From positions 53,072,001-53,136,000 of the forward strand of contig NC_043004.1 of the NCBI RefSeq assembly GCF_006345805.1: 64,000 bases of DNA, written 5' to 3'. Source of the DNA: Octopus sinensis. Its lineage: Eukaryota. Every line of letters begins with the position of its first letter. The stretch's first letter is position 1. Shown piece after piece: positions 37,936-53,290 of the stretch. Below the pieces are notes generated by a model that was not told where the DNA came from, made no database searches, and worked only from the letters and a program-made list of their open reading frames with translations. The position numbers were made by a program, and so were the translations under genes.

Positions 37936-38371
37936 CACCTTCTTAACTTTATCACTAATGCTTTTTAGTATAACTCCTACGCAAATTCCATAAACAAATC
38001 TTTCAATAGAAATATTCTCCTGCTAGCCGTCACTGACCATTCAAAATACGACAATCAAGGCACTCCCAAATTTTTCCACCCCTTCTCCTCATCAACCTTC
38101 TTCTTCTAAAAACCCTACCAAGAATTCACAACGACCTCGAACACACAAGTAACAAGAGAAACAGAGAAAGGCAGAAACAAGAAAAATGCCACTTATACTT
38201 GAACACTATACAAATATTACTTTAAAAATCTTTTCTTTCAATTCTTCTAAATTTAATTATTTAATCGTTACAGTTGAAAGGTCCTCAAAATGCCCGAAAC
38301 CGGTACTGAAATGTTCTTTACAAATTTATTTAGCATTTTCTATCTTGACTTGTTTTTTCATATATATATAT

Positions 38372-38407
<36 letters not shown>

Positions 38408-38499
38408 CTCACCATATACAATAAACAGGATTTTTGGGTTCTACACATACGTACAACCGAGTATCCTTACAATGTAACTGGAAACACTTTGAAAAGCAT

Positions 38500-39772
38500 C
38501 ACTGCGCATAACTTTCACATGTTTCGTTGTCCATAGAGAGGTGCAATAAAGACACTTACTTAGCTGATATATGAGATAACCTGTTTAGAATGAGATGCTA
38601 CCTCTCGAGCAAAAAGGCTGAAGAAAAATTCTGTAAAATTTCCTGGAGAATCAAGGGCCATCATGCTATTGACAAAGCGACCATGAGTAAAAGCAAAAGA
38701 TGCTAAAAGAAGTTCTGCTAGGCTTGGATACATTTTAACAAATCCTTTGACATTTTCTGACATTCTATGTTTGTGAGATGTTTGGAATAGCAGATTCTTT
38801 TATAAAAGTAATGGAATGTAGCATCGTGAAAGAGTAACTGGTATGCTGGAAATAAACAACGAAGTGTGGTCAATATAAAAAAGGGTATATTCCAAGGAGA
38901 ATCATTCTCACTATCTTAGTGATCGTCCTGATTCCATTATAGATTTCCATTATAGTTTTCATAGATGATCTAAAAGTGAAAACGAATCACACGTTGATTG
39001 AGTGGTCAGAACCGTTCCCTGATGCCCAATAAACATTGGGATGGAATTCGGTATTGCAAAATGCTTCACTCTGATTAGGAGGAGAGGTAAACGTGTAGTT
39101 GAATGGAATTACCTGGTGGAGAGTACAATAGTAAACTGAGATTTGGGCCTTTTTGCAGCTGGTGAAATTTCTACATGAGTAGATGACTGGAAATTTTTTT
39201 AAGATATTAATATACAATCTGACCTGGTCATCGAGTCTAGACAACAAGGAATTGTGATCATCGCTAAAGTTGAAATAGAAGTTAAGATCATTGATATTGC
39301 GACGCCTGGTAATTCGAAGGTGAAAGATAAAGAACTAGAAAAGGTGAAGAATACCAGCAACTTTGCGGTATGAGGAAGGTAATAGTGGACCGTTGGAAGT
39401 AGTATCTAAGGCGTTTGAACAGCACATCAATAATTTTGGAGTTACTATCAAGCGTGAAATGATCCGGAAAATAAGTTTGTTTGGAGCAGCAAGAAACCTA
39501 AGCAAAAAAATGACTCATTGAGATACTGAAGGAAGCCTTACTTGAAATCTTTGGCAACTTATTATTGCCTGATTCCAAGTAAAAACAAATGGTATTTAGG
39601 ATAACCCGAGTGTCAAATAATAATGGTTCCAAATTTTGGCAAAAGTCCAGCAATTTCGGAGCCGGGAGTATGTCTCAGTTGCGCTACTGGTAGTGTTTTT
39701 ATCGATTCCGAAGGATAAAAGGCAAAGTCTATCACCGCGGCACTTGGACCCAGAACGTAAGAATTTTCCCGG

Positions 39773-39833
<61 letters not shown>

Positions 39834-40085
39834 AGTAGGAATGAGCAAGTGTCTCCGCTGTGCCGCATCTGCAATAGAGTGGATGAATCCATTGCGCATA
39901 TCACAAACGAATGCCCTAGACTTGCCCAAAACCATTACAAAGTGTGGCAACATGACCAGGTAGGAAAAGTGGGGGCTAGAGATGTGGTATGGCACAAACG
40001 ACAGAGAATGGCGGAGTCGGAGACTAGCAAAAATCCTCTGGGATTTCCCAATCCAGATAGATCAGGTGCTAGAGCATCTGATCTT
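38500..40085 (+). mobile_element. R4/Dong-like RLE LINE C, heavily decayed (two fragments, internal (CTA)n)
   Basis: EMLPLEQKG, AWIHFNK, KGIFQG-like segments, and CRICNRVDESIAHITNEC zinc knuckle at 39860-39915. Confidence 0.75.
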
Positions 40086-40237
40086 TAGGATGTTTCCAGC
40101 TTGGGCTGGAAATAAGATTAGAAAATTTGAAGTGTGCTCTATATTCAATACTATCGACCTCAGATTTACTCTATGGAATACAGACGCTTTAACGACGACC
40201 CTGCTACTTTACCCCTGTACGACTGATACTGATACAA

Positions 40238-40690
40238 AGGTGGTGAGCTGGTAAAATCCATAGCATGTCGGACAAAAATGTTTATCGGCGCTCTTTTTTT
40301 TTTTTTTGGTACTTAAATTGTGACAGCAAATCAAGCTGACGGCGAAATCGTCAGTTAACTTCTAGGAGGCGATAATACAAAGTACCAGTGATGAACTGGT
40401 GTCGATGTAATCGACTAACTCTCACCCAATCCAGTTGCTGGTTTATACCAAACTTAGAAACTATACGTTGGTTTTAAAGTTTGGCTCAAGGCAAGCAATT
40501 TCAGAGGTAAGTTCATCAGCCAATCGCACCTGTCAGCCCAAGTGCTCGACTGATATTTAATTTATCAACCCCGAAAGGATGAAAAGCAAAGTCGATCTCT
40601 TGAGAATGTGAACTCACAACATAAGGACGAATGAAATGCCGCTAAGTAATTTGCCCGGTGTGCTAACGATTCTGTCACCTCGCTGCTAAA
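40238..40690. mobile_element. two SINE copies in opposite orientation (+ about 40238-40460; - about 40460-40690)
   Basis: GGTGAGCTGGTAAAATC head; CCCCGAAAGGATGAAAAGCAAAGTCG and GTGCTAACGATTCTG on the + strand. Confidence 0.7.
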
Positions 40691-41664
40691 AATCAAAAGC
40701 TATATATTGGCGTTACCTAAATCACCGCCAGTCGGCTCTTTAGCAGAGAAATTCCACTTCAGTATATGTACCGTATTTCTATTATGTTTAACTTCTGCCT
40801 TTGTTATCAGGAAAGATATTAAATGCAATGAATGATTTTATCTGGGTGTGTATATTTTTCCCGACATATTGTTTTTGATACATCGATTAAACTTTTGCCA
40901 CACTCTTGTTACTCATTGCATTTACTTTGGCAAGAATGGATCTCAGAACATACAAGATCAGAACTAAATACTTCGTGCAATTTGCCACATTTTTTCTTTC
41001 ATCCAACCACACCACCATCTATCGGTTCTTCATGTTAATACAGAATGCAATTCAATTAGCTTCGCTTTGCCATCAAATTAATTTTGTTAATCTATTTAAT
41101 TAAAGAGTTTAAATCAACAAAAACCCTGTTTAGCTAAACTACAAGCGATCTAATTAATTAACAATATCCCAATTAGGAAATTATTATAATTCCTAAGTTT
41201 TGATTGTTTGTTTGGTTATTTGTTTGTGTTTCAGTATTACGATTCTTTGATATTTTCATATTTCTAAGGCTGCGAACTGGCTGAATTTTTATATTAGAAT
41301 AGCGGCAAGAACTGCCGTGCCTGATCGTGACCGCACCCTGCGCACTGAGTTCGAATAACGCCGAAATTAAATCCTCCTATCCTCATTTCTAAATTGGTAG
41401 GTACTGATCGAGGGCTGTAATCAATTCTAGATTGTCCCTCTTTCAGGATGAAATCAGAATGGGTCGGATGTTGATAGGGATGTGTTCCACCGGATCCAAA
41501 AGTGCTCGAAGCGCGATGTATATTACAAGGGTTCTTTAGGAATAGCTCTTCGATTAATAGTTGCTGTAATAGTAGTAGAAACAATATAATTATTGTTATT
41601 ATCATCATCATCATCATCATCAATATTATTATCATAATTATTATTATTATTATTATTATTGTTA

Positions 41665-42202
41665 TTATTATTGAGTGAGCAGTGCATGCCATTACAATGA
41701 TACTGGGGTGAAATATACGAAGCCCAGTATACCCATCATGACTACTCGTCTGATAAGGATACACGAGACACATGCATCACAACCGAATGGGCGTGACATG
41801 GAGATCTCATATCAAAATAATCAGCACATGACCTTGCATTTGGAGCCCAGCTAGAATTTTCTTCAGGTCAAGTAGCCCATCCCGATCAAAGGTTTGTTTA
41901 ATGATGATCAACAAAACACACATGTTTCCAGATGTGAATTATCCAAACCCCAAGGAATTCCTCTCAACACATGGCTATGGTGCTCCCCGTCTATTTCTGC
42001 TCGTGATCAGAGATGCGCATATCGTCAGCCACTAAGGGACATGCTCAACTGGTTAAGGTCAAACGATTGACAAGCAAATCTGTGGTATTGAGCAGAATAT
42101 TTGCTGTAGCCCATATTTTATACGAAGGCGAAACAACGTAGATGATAATACTTCTAATCAAGATCAAAAATCATGAGAGCCAGTGACTGGTACTGCATTA
42201 TA

Positions 42203-42205
<3 letters not shown>
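41665..42205 (-). mobile_element. non-coding interspersed element flanked by (ATT)n on both sides; partial second copy at about 47735-47905
   Basis: AACCCCAAGGAATTCCTCTCAACACATGGC..CAGCCACTAAGGGAC recurs at about 47740-47835. No tRNA head and no ORF. Confidence 0.7.
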
Positions 42206-42270
<65 letters not shown>

Positions 42271-42432
42271 GAAGGGATAGAGCTGTCAGAATCATTAGCA
42301 TCTGATAACAAAAGCAGGATGTAAACGTAATAGAAATAACGTGCACGTACTGAAGTGGATTTCCTCTGCTAAACAACCGACTGTTGGTGCTGTAGATAAC
42401 GAAACAAGGCAATAGATAGTATCTAATTTTAT

Positions 42433-42645
42433 CTGGCGAGCTGGCAGAATCTTTAGCACGCTGGACGGAATGTTTAGCGGTATGCCGCTTCTCGCTACGT
42501 TCTAAGTCCAAATTCCGCCGCGGTTTGACTTTGCCTTTCATCCTTTCGGGGTCCATAAGTTAAATACCAGTGAAACACTAGGGTCGACATCATCAATTAG
42601 TCCCGTCGCCCATAATTTCAGGCCTTATTCCTTCAGTAGAAAGAA
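42433..42645 (+). mobile_element. monomeric tRNA-derived SINE
   Basis: GGCGAGCTGGCAGAATCTTTAGCACGC..AAATTCCGCCGCGGTTTGACTTTGCCTTTCATCC. Confidence 0.85.
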
Positions 42646-42673
42646 TTTTTATTATTACTCATATTATCATTAC

Positions 42674-42767
<94 letters not shown>

Positions 42768-42813
42768 TTTATTTTTATTATTATTATTGTTATTATTATT
42801 ATTATTATTATCG

Positions 42814-44765
<1,952 letters not shown>

Positions 44766-44958
44766 CCCCTCCCTCAAAATTGCTGCCCCTGTGGAAAAAA
44801 ATTTGAAACCATTCTTCTCATCCTCCTCTTCCTTCTTCTTCTTCTTCTTCTTCTTCTTCTTCTTCTTCTTCTTCTTCTCATTATTATTATTATTATTATA
44901 TTATTATTATTATTATTATATATTATTATTATATATTATTATTAATTATATTATTATA

Positions 44959-45011
<53 letters not shown>

Positions 45012-45022
<11 letters not shown>

Positions 45023-46300
45023 TAGTTTTATTTTTATAGCGTGCTTTCACTTCACTACCGAGCGCAGCTCTGTGTGCCTTGGGTATGTGCTGTGATTTGT
45101 TGTGATGCTCTGATGGTTATTGTATGGAAAGTGTTCTGCGTAGGATGTGTGCAGTGCCTAGTAGTGCAATTTTCTGTATGTTATATGTGTTGTAAGTCCT
45201 GGTGTTTTTGTTATGTATTTGTCTGAATATTTTTTTATCATACTGCTCCTACTATGATAGGAAATGTTTCTGTTTAGATTCCACATTCTGGTTACCTCTA
45301 TTTCCAGGTCTTTGTATTTTGAAAGTTTCTCCATTTCTTTTAGAGACACGTTGTCATCTGCCGGTATTGATACATCAATTAGAAAGCCTTTTTTTTCTTT
45401 TTCTTTTTTTTTCTTTTATTTCTTCATGATCTCTGACAACTATATCTGGCCTGTTGGCCTTAATTTCTCTATCTGTGTGTATCGGCATATCCAGAGTATG
45501 GTTGCTTTCTCGTTTACTGTGACCTTTTCTGTGTGTGTGCCTATACCATCTTTTTCTGTTGTTATTCCATAATGTTGGCATAGCTTCCAATGTATGTAGG
45601 TTCCAACTCTGTCATGTCTGTGAATATATCCTTTGTAGCCAGGACTGGGCAGCTAGAGATATATGATTTATTGTTTCTTGTCCATCTCCACATATTCTGC
45701 AGTTACTTGTTATATTCTTTTCACTACATGTTTTTGGTAATTTCTGGTGGGGAGGCTTTGGTCTTGTGCTGCAATTAAAAATCATCTGTTTCTGCTTTGA
45801 GTCCTGAGCTTCTCAATCATTGCTGGGGGATTTTCTTTGTCTATTTCTTTTGCGTTTAGTTTAGTCCAGTATTTACCATGAAGGGGCTTTTATTGCCATC
45901 GTTTTATCATGGTTCGCTGCTGTTCTATTTTTAGTTTGGATTTCATTTGTTTTATAGCTTTTGTTGTTTCTTCATCTTCTTCTTCTTCTTTTCTTCTTCT
46001 CTTCTTCTTCTTCTTCTTCTCTTCATATTTATTAGGTGGTATGATTTCTTGTTTGTATTTGTCAGCTTCCTTAAATACTGAGAACAGTTTTTGTTTTGCT
46101 CGTGTTTTGCCGCTATTTGTATCAGCTTTCCTCCTTCTGAAGTAGATATTTTTGCAGTCCTATGGTGGTTATTTTATAGTAGTTTTCCAGTTGTATAAGG
46201 CCTCTACCACCTTCTATACGCTGTATATATAGTCTTTCTATGTCAGATTTTTATAGTCTTTCTATGTCAGATTTATATAGTCTTTCTATGTCAGAATTTT
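45012..46300 (-). mobile_element. R4/Dong-like RLE LINE E, 5'-truncated
   Basis: KSDIERLYIQRIEGGRGLIQLE at the 5' end, NRPDIVVRD..IDVS nuclease, KYKDLEIE, (AAT)n tail at 44875-45012. Confidence 0.88.
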
Positions 46301-46321
46301 ATTATTATTATTATTATTTTA

Positions 46322-46357
<36 letters not shown>

Positions 46358-46442
46358 CATTATTATTATATTATTATTATTATTATATTATATTATTATT
46401 ATTATTATTATTTATTATTATTTATTATTATATTATTATTAT

Positions 46443-46870
46443 TATTATTATTCAGTAGTTTTATTTTTATTGCGTTCTTTCACTTCACTACCGAGCGCAG
46501 CTCTGTGTGCCTTGGGTATGTGCTGTGATTTATTGTGATGCTCTGATGGTAATTGTATGGAAAGTGTTCTGCGTAGGATGTGTGCAGTGCCTAGTAGTGC
46601 AAATTTCTGTATGTTTATAGTGTTTGTAAGTCCTGGTGTTTTTGTTATGTATTTGTCTGAATATTTTTTATCATGCCTAATGCTCCTACTATGATAGGAA
46701 TTGTTTCTGTTTTTAGATTCCACATTCTGGTTACCTCTATTTCCAGGTCTTTGTATTTTGAAAGTTTCTCCATTTCTTTTAGAGACACGCTGTCATCTGC
46801 CGGTATTGATACATCAATTAGAAAGCATTTTTTTTCTTCATGATCTCTGACAACTATATCTGGTCTGTTG
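46443..46870 (-). mobile_element. R4/Dong-like RLE LINE F (3' end only, same family as E)
   Basis: RPDIVVRDHEEKKCFLIDVSIP..KYKDLEIE; 3' UTR nearly identical to 45015-45400. Confidence 0.9.
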
Positions 46871-46904
46871 CCCTTAATTTCTCTATCTGTGTGTATTATC
46901 ATTA

Positions 46905-47200
46905 TTATCATTATTGTTATTATTATTATTATTCTATGTTTGACTTTTGCTTTATGTCTGTACAAGTTGGCTCCAAGTCTCACCCAGAGACATCAAGAGA
47001 CAACAGGTTGGAAGTTCTGTGCCATATATTTGGGTTTTTTTTTGGTGTTGTACTAGTGAATGTCTAATACATAAAAAAATAATAAAAAAATAAATAAATA
47101 AAATTTTAAAAAAAGTTTGTTTTAAACCTTGGGATTACATAGAGAGTATTTTGCGTAGGATATGAGCAGTTCCCATGAGCACTATCTTTTGAATTTCTGC
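46905..47200 (-). mobile_element. R4/Dong-like LINE G (3' UTR, same family as B)
   Basis: GGCTCCAAGTCTCA..CAGAGACATCAAGAGACAAC shared with 30485-30525. Confidence 0.8.
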
Positions 47201-47232
47201 CATTATTATTATTATTATTATTATTAATATTA

Positions 47233-47279
<47 letters not shown>

Positions 47280-48903
47280 CATTATTATTATCTTGTTTGC
47301 AATAGTTTCTTGTGAATTTCTATTACACACCCAGATAAACTTCACCGTAAATGGGTTTTATAGAATTATTTTTTGTATCCTACGTGATATTTTAATTTTA
47401 TTCTTGTCTTTAATTTTGTACTGCTTTGTTCTTTTTTGTTTTACTTTAGTATATTGATTCCTTGTGTTTTCGAATATATACCGTGTGAGTAGAATCATTT
47501 TTATACTTGAGAATGATACTTTAGAGAAAATGTGCCTCGCTTAATAAGTAAGGCACTCGGTTTATAATTATTAAGACCTGGAATGACTGGAGCACTGTGA
47601 ACTTTAGTTGCTCTAGTTGGTTGACCTATAATACTGCGTTACACGATTTTGGTCTTTGAGTAGTGACTGTTTCATTACCCCTACAATGTATGAAAAATTG
47701 CCCATATTTCCTTCAACTTTGTTTTGTTACGTTTGTACAACCCCCAAGGAATCCCTGTCAACACATGGCGATGAAGCTCCCACATTATTCTGTCTGATAA
47801 TCAGAGATGCACTTATTGCCAGCCACTAAGGGACGTGCTCAAATGGTTAGGATCAAACAACTCACAAGTAAGTCTGAAGCATTGTGTAGAATATTTGCTA
47901 TAACGATATTTCTGCCTCTGCAACTCAGCGCTGAATCTGTCTGAAATGAAATGAAAAATAGGTCATTGTCAAAGCATTGATGTCAGGGAACAGAGAACAA
48001 ATGCAAAGTTTGAAGGGAATAGTAGTCGTTTCCTCTGATTGCTAGATAGAAGTAAATAGGAAATAATACTGTCTAAAAACAACCAAATCAAAATTTTAGT
48101 GCACAATGTAATGAAAATCGTCAGGTTGTTGGTGAAGTTCTCTGTCTCAACCTTTCACACCCTATGTGTTCCATTAGGTTACTGTAGGTTCACTCGAGGG
48201 TATCTATGCTTGCTAGCGTCTGTATATGCTGCAAAAGCAATTGGTGATATGATGCTACGTATTTCCAAGAGATACTCGCTCCTCGCTGATGAGTGGCGGG
48301 CGGTAAGATGCATATAAATTCCGCATGAGTTGTGTAGAATATGTCATATTAATCTGTGGAAATTACATAGAATGTCATTTCGCTGTAGTGTGGGATATGT
48401 TTTATTGTATTCTGTGTGTATTACATAATGTGTTGCGATTTTTATGGGATTGAGTATTGTGTATGACGCATGCGTTTTGTTATATTATTTTGCAGTGATT
48501 CTCCAACTATTACTTTGTCTACGATGCGTTATGTTTTGTTCACTGATGATTGTGTTCTCTGTGTGAGTGGTTTTAATGTATTGCATTGCCTCTTGATGAT
48601 TGCGCAGCGCATGTGATGCATGGGTTGTGATATTAGAGTTGTTAACATTATTATTAATAATAATTATAACAATAGCATCGATATTCTATTAGTTGGCTGC
48701 CGTTGTTGCTCATGATGTTATTTTTACTAATCTAATAAAATATATTTCTGCATTAAATCTTTTCTTCTGTCTTTTTTTTTTAGGATCGTGAAACTGTTTA
48801 GTTTGGGCAAATGCAACATTCACTCTAACACTCTATCACTATCTTCTTCTGTATCTCTCCTTCCCTTTTCTCCTCTCTCTCTCCCTCTCTCTCTCTTTCT
48901 TTC

Positions 48904-48949
<46 letters not shown>

Positions 48950-48989
48950 CGTGTGTGTGTGTTTCTATGTATATTTATATTTGTATGTG

Positions 48990-49046
<57 letters not shown>

Positions 49047-49112
49047 GCACAAATATATGTACATACACACACAAATATATTATATCCATACAGACTGGGA
49101 AAGAGAAAAATT

Positions 49113-49181
<69 letters not shown>

Positions 49182-49919
49182 ATAGACAGATAAATAGATA
49201 TGTGTGTATGTATGAATATATACATATATATGGATCATTGTATATCTTATAATGTGCATTCTAATTAGGTCCAATCAGCGATTATTGTAAAATGCATCTA
49301 TACAATAACCATTCCAATTTCATACGAATTCTTTTTTCGATATCATGAAATTGAAGGCGGCGTTCACATATCCCTCTGGATATTAAGCTAGTGTGTTCTC
49401 GATAACTTTCCCCAAACAACCCAAATAATTTCTAGTAATTGAAATAAGGGAACAGCGAATAAAATATCATGACCGAGATATGAACTACATGCTTCAAATA
49501 CAGGAGCTTCAACGTAGCAAATCTATCGATTTTCTATTCATAACAGCAAAATTTCATTGAAAACACATATTGGCGCTTGAAAATCAGAATGAAAAGGACA
49601 CAAAGTATGAATTATATTGTAATAATTGTGACAGCATGGTTTAAAAGTAAAGGAAAAAAATAAGGACGTTGATCAAATCTTAAAGAATTTATGAAAGGAT
49701 ATGGTAGACAGATGTTGTCAGGAATTACGTAGCAACCACAAATATACAGTAGCCCAAAAGACAATTCGGATCACAAGTATATAAAATGCTAGAACGACAA
49801 ACGGTATATTATTACGTTAATGGAACTATAGCATGTTTCGGTTTTAAAGATAATATCGAATATCAACAGAGATAGATGCAAACTATACTTGAGCACATAT
49901 ATGTGTGGGGATATATATA

Positions 49920-49965
<46 letters not shown>

Positions 49966-50779
49966 TACATACATACATATATATTTATATACATATACAT
50001 ATACAAATATATATATATGTATACATACACACACACACACACATATATCCATACACGTACACATATGACATTATTTTACTCATATGATACCATTACCATT
50101 TTTATAGTTACGTAAATTGAAAAAGTTGCCGTTGGCAGTGGAGAACGAATGAACATTCTGAAAACGGAGTAGTATATTCTCAGAAAAACTAGAGATATCA
50201 GAATGTTGCGCTTACATATATATATATATACATATGTGTGTGTGTGTGTGTGTGTGTGTGTTTCCGTGTGTGTTTTGTGACGCATTAGCAAAGTTTGCTT
50301 CTAATATTTTAATGTAATACAAAAGAAACTTATAGATTTTTGCAAATACTGCTAGTGTTTAACTAAATACATTAGGTAATCGTAGCAACGACTAACGTAA
50401 CGTCTTAATAATAACAACATATCTATTTATTCCAAATACGCTCTGGCAGTTTCAACCGTATCTAATTGCGGCTGTTTTTCTTTTTTTTAAAATTTTCTTT
50501 CGTTTTCTTTTTGCATTTCTCAACAGAGCATACCCACTAATCTCGGACAACGTGTGTTCATAATACAGGTGTTTCATCGGTGTAAGAGGACTTTGCGATA
50601 CAGCAGCATTTTGGACTCATTGTGTTCCTCCTTAGTCATAGCTACCCAACCAGAAACCAAGAAAGTTGAGAAGAGTTACGAGCCCCTGTTTCAACAGATG
50701 ATAATTCGCATTGAATCATGACCTCTCTATCATTTTTAATAATCTTAACATGCTCATGCTAAATACTTGCCTGAGTATG

Positions 50780-51730
50780 TATATATATGTGTGCCTGGGG
50801 GTGGGCCTGAAGGCAAGGAGGTAATACTTCTGTTGGTGCAGCTCTGCCAGGCAGGGCACTCTCACGCTTGTATTTTCCTCGTGTCCGGGTTCAGCTCAAC
50901 GTTCTTTAGTGAGGTTTTGAATGTGTCCTCATTCATTACACGGAAGACGGGGCACCTCCAAGAGCGTCAGTGAGGCACTAGAGAGAGCAGTATGAGAGCT
51001 GAAATGTTCTTTGCGGCACGTCAACTTCTGGAGAAGTGCCAGGAACTGGACAGGGATATATAAATGACGTTCGTGGACCTAATTTAACATTGTCAGTTGT
51101 GAGGGCCTTTCGAAATCCATAGAAAAGTCCGGTTTCCGCGACAAATTCAACATGGTACTAGTTTCATTCGCTCGAGTACTGGACAACAGATATTCTTTCA
51201 GTTCATTCCCAGTCACTAACGGAGACAAGCAGAGCTGTGTACTCGCAGCTGCATTGTCCACCATGATGTCTTCAGCCGCACAGCTGGATGTCTTTTGCAA
51301 CGACGAGCAAACCAGCATCAATATAAGGTTCAAGGCTGATGGCAGACTGCGGACGATACAGGCCGAGACTAAGGTGAAAGAGGATTCAGTAAGCGATTCC
51401 TCTTCGCTGTCCGCTCAACATCACGACAGAGGCTCAAATGCAACAAAATATGAAGTGATTTCTCCATTGCCCGAGACAACTTTGGTCTCAGAGTCAGTAC
51501 TCAGAAGACTGAGGTAATATGCCAATCTCCTCTCACCAACACCAAAAGCCGTATGTGTAACTAATTACCACTGTCGATTGAGAAACCCTGACGGTTGTTG
51601 ATAAGTTCACGTAACTAAGCATCACACTCTCCAGACGTGTAACCCTCAATGACAATATCAACATACTTGTCACTAAGGAAAGCTCAGAATCCGGGCGTGT
51701 GCAAATCTGTGTGAGAGAGCAGAGGCAAAA
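50780..51730 (+). mobile_element. RTE-clade LINE RT fragment, inactive
   Basis: MFFAARQLLEKCQE..MTFVDL, FPVTNGDKQSCVLA, DNFGLRVSTQKTEV. The FADD motif is destroyed by a small deletion near 51405. Confidence 0.88.
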
Positions 51731-51749
51731 CGTAGGTCATCAAGTTAGA

Positions 51750-52985
51750 CAGTTGTATTGCTAACGCTACTGTACACCCAAGAGATTTGGACAGTTTAAG
51801 AACGCAACGCCAAAACACAAAACCCACTTTCCGCATGAACTACTTGAAATAGCTTTTGAAAATAACGTGGTAGGTAAGACACAGTCCCAAACTCGGAGTT
51901 CCTCTCTCGTGCTGGGAGAGAAATCAGAGGCACAGTCTACGGAGCGTGCTCTAGCTAGGGCGGCATAGATAGTGGTGAGGGGATAACCACGAAGGATGGG
52001 GTGTCGAGTCATGAATTGAAACTGAGTCTCAAAGTCATAGATGTCAGTGTAGGGCCTGCGCAGACGGAGGAATTGGGAGTAGAACATGGAGCGCTTTGCG
52101 TGAATAGGGTGCGAGGAGGAGAAGTTGAGTAATGTGTGGGAGTCGGTGTGTTGTGGATGGATATAATGAGAGCGGAGTCGTGTATGTTAACCGAAATGTC
52201 GAGAAAGGCGACGTAAGTGCTGGAAATGGTGCAGGAGAATTCGAGAGCAGGATAGAAGGATTAGACAAAAAGAAGAAGGTATCTAGTCGTTCGCGGGAGA
52301 GCGAATGCTTACCGATATAATAATCAATTAACGACCGTATATTTCGGGAGTGGGACGAGTGAATCTTGAAAATATTTGGGCCTCAACGTAGCCAACGAAC
52401 AGGTTCACTAAGTTGAGGCCCTATTCTCGTTCTTATGGCCACACCAGAGAATTTTTGGTAAAAATTGCCGTAAACGAGAAACAGTTGAAGGAGAGAACAA
52501 GTTCGGCCAAACGAAGAAGTGTGGACGTGTCAGGTTGGGGGTTGCATCGAAGGTCTAGGAAGTGTTTGAGGGCAAGAAGTCCTTTGTGGTGTGGGATCAC
52601 CGTATATGGACTCTTGATATCAAGAGTGAAGACAAGTTTAGAGGTGTCAGAGGGAAGGAGAAAGAGTTTAAGAGACGAAGAGCATGATTAGTGTCGTGGA
52701 TGTATGAGGCGGAGAAGCCACTAGAGGGGCAAGAACATGGTCGAAGTATTCAGAACTGTTCCGCGAGACAATTACAGGCGGAGACGATGTGGCGTCCAGG
52801 GTCGTTGGATTTATGGATTTGGGGAAGGAAGTAAATGGTGGGGTTGCGAGGAGTGCGGAAATTGAGATTGGAGGTGGTGGTAGACAACGGGAGGAGGGGA
52901 TGAAGTCATGGATAGTGGGGGGCACAATCTGTTGGTAGCTTGGCGTAGGGTTGGAGGGCAGAGGGCAATAGGATGAGGTGTCTTA
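51750..52985 (-). mobile_element. Penelope-like element RT fragment, inactive
   Basis: GRHIVSAC, LDHVLAPLV, NLFVGYVE, decayed YGRYIDD near 52325, FLDISV, SSHPIHAKRSMFYSQFLRLRR, LRGYP. Confidence 0.88.
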
Positions 52986-52994
52986 AAGTTGGCG

Positions 52995-53290
52995 GGGAGG
53001 CACATTGCCTTGTGGTTAGAGCAGCGGGGTTGTGGTCGAGGGATCGCAGGTTCGAGTCTGAGAGCGTACGATATGTGTGCTTTTGAGCAAAACACATACG
53101 CTTCCCGCGACTCCAGCACAAGTTAATGGCAAGTTTCTGCTGACTCTTTCGCCACAACTTTCTTTCATTCTAGCAGTTCACCTGAGACGTAACGGTGTCC
53201 TGTCCATGTGGGGAACTTATACGCTAATGAAACCGGCAAACCGGCCTTTATGAGCCAGGTTTGCCTCGAGAAGGAATAAAGAACAACAAC
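52995..53290 (+). mobile_element. tRNA-derived SINE
   Basis: A box TGCCTTGTGGTTAGAG, B box GGTTCGAGTC, TTGAGCAAAACAC core. Confidence 0.75.

Noticed and set aside
38269-38310. Hammerhead-like TACAG-TTGAAAG..GAAACCGGTA-CTG (also half-motifs near 49835 and 57510)
   Set aside because: Three core mismatches, or no CUGANGA half. At most dead PLE remnants.
38413-38477. Cys-rich minus-strand exon (LHCKDTRLYVCVEPKNPVYCI) with GTGAGT donor
   Set aside because: It overlaps the decayed 5' edge of LINE C on the opposite strand and abuts a (TA)n run; no supporting homology.
48173-48302. Plus-strand exon candidate containing CTGATGAG
   Set aside because: No GAAA half for a hammerhead and no recognisable protein.
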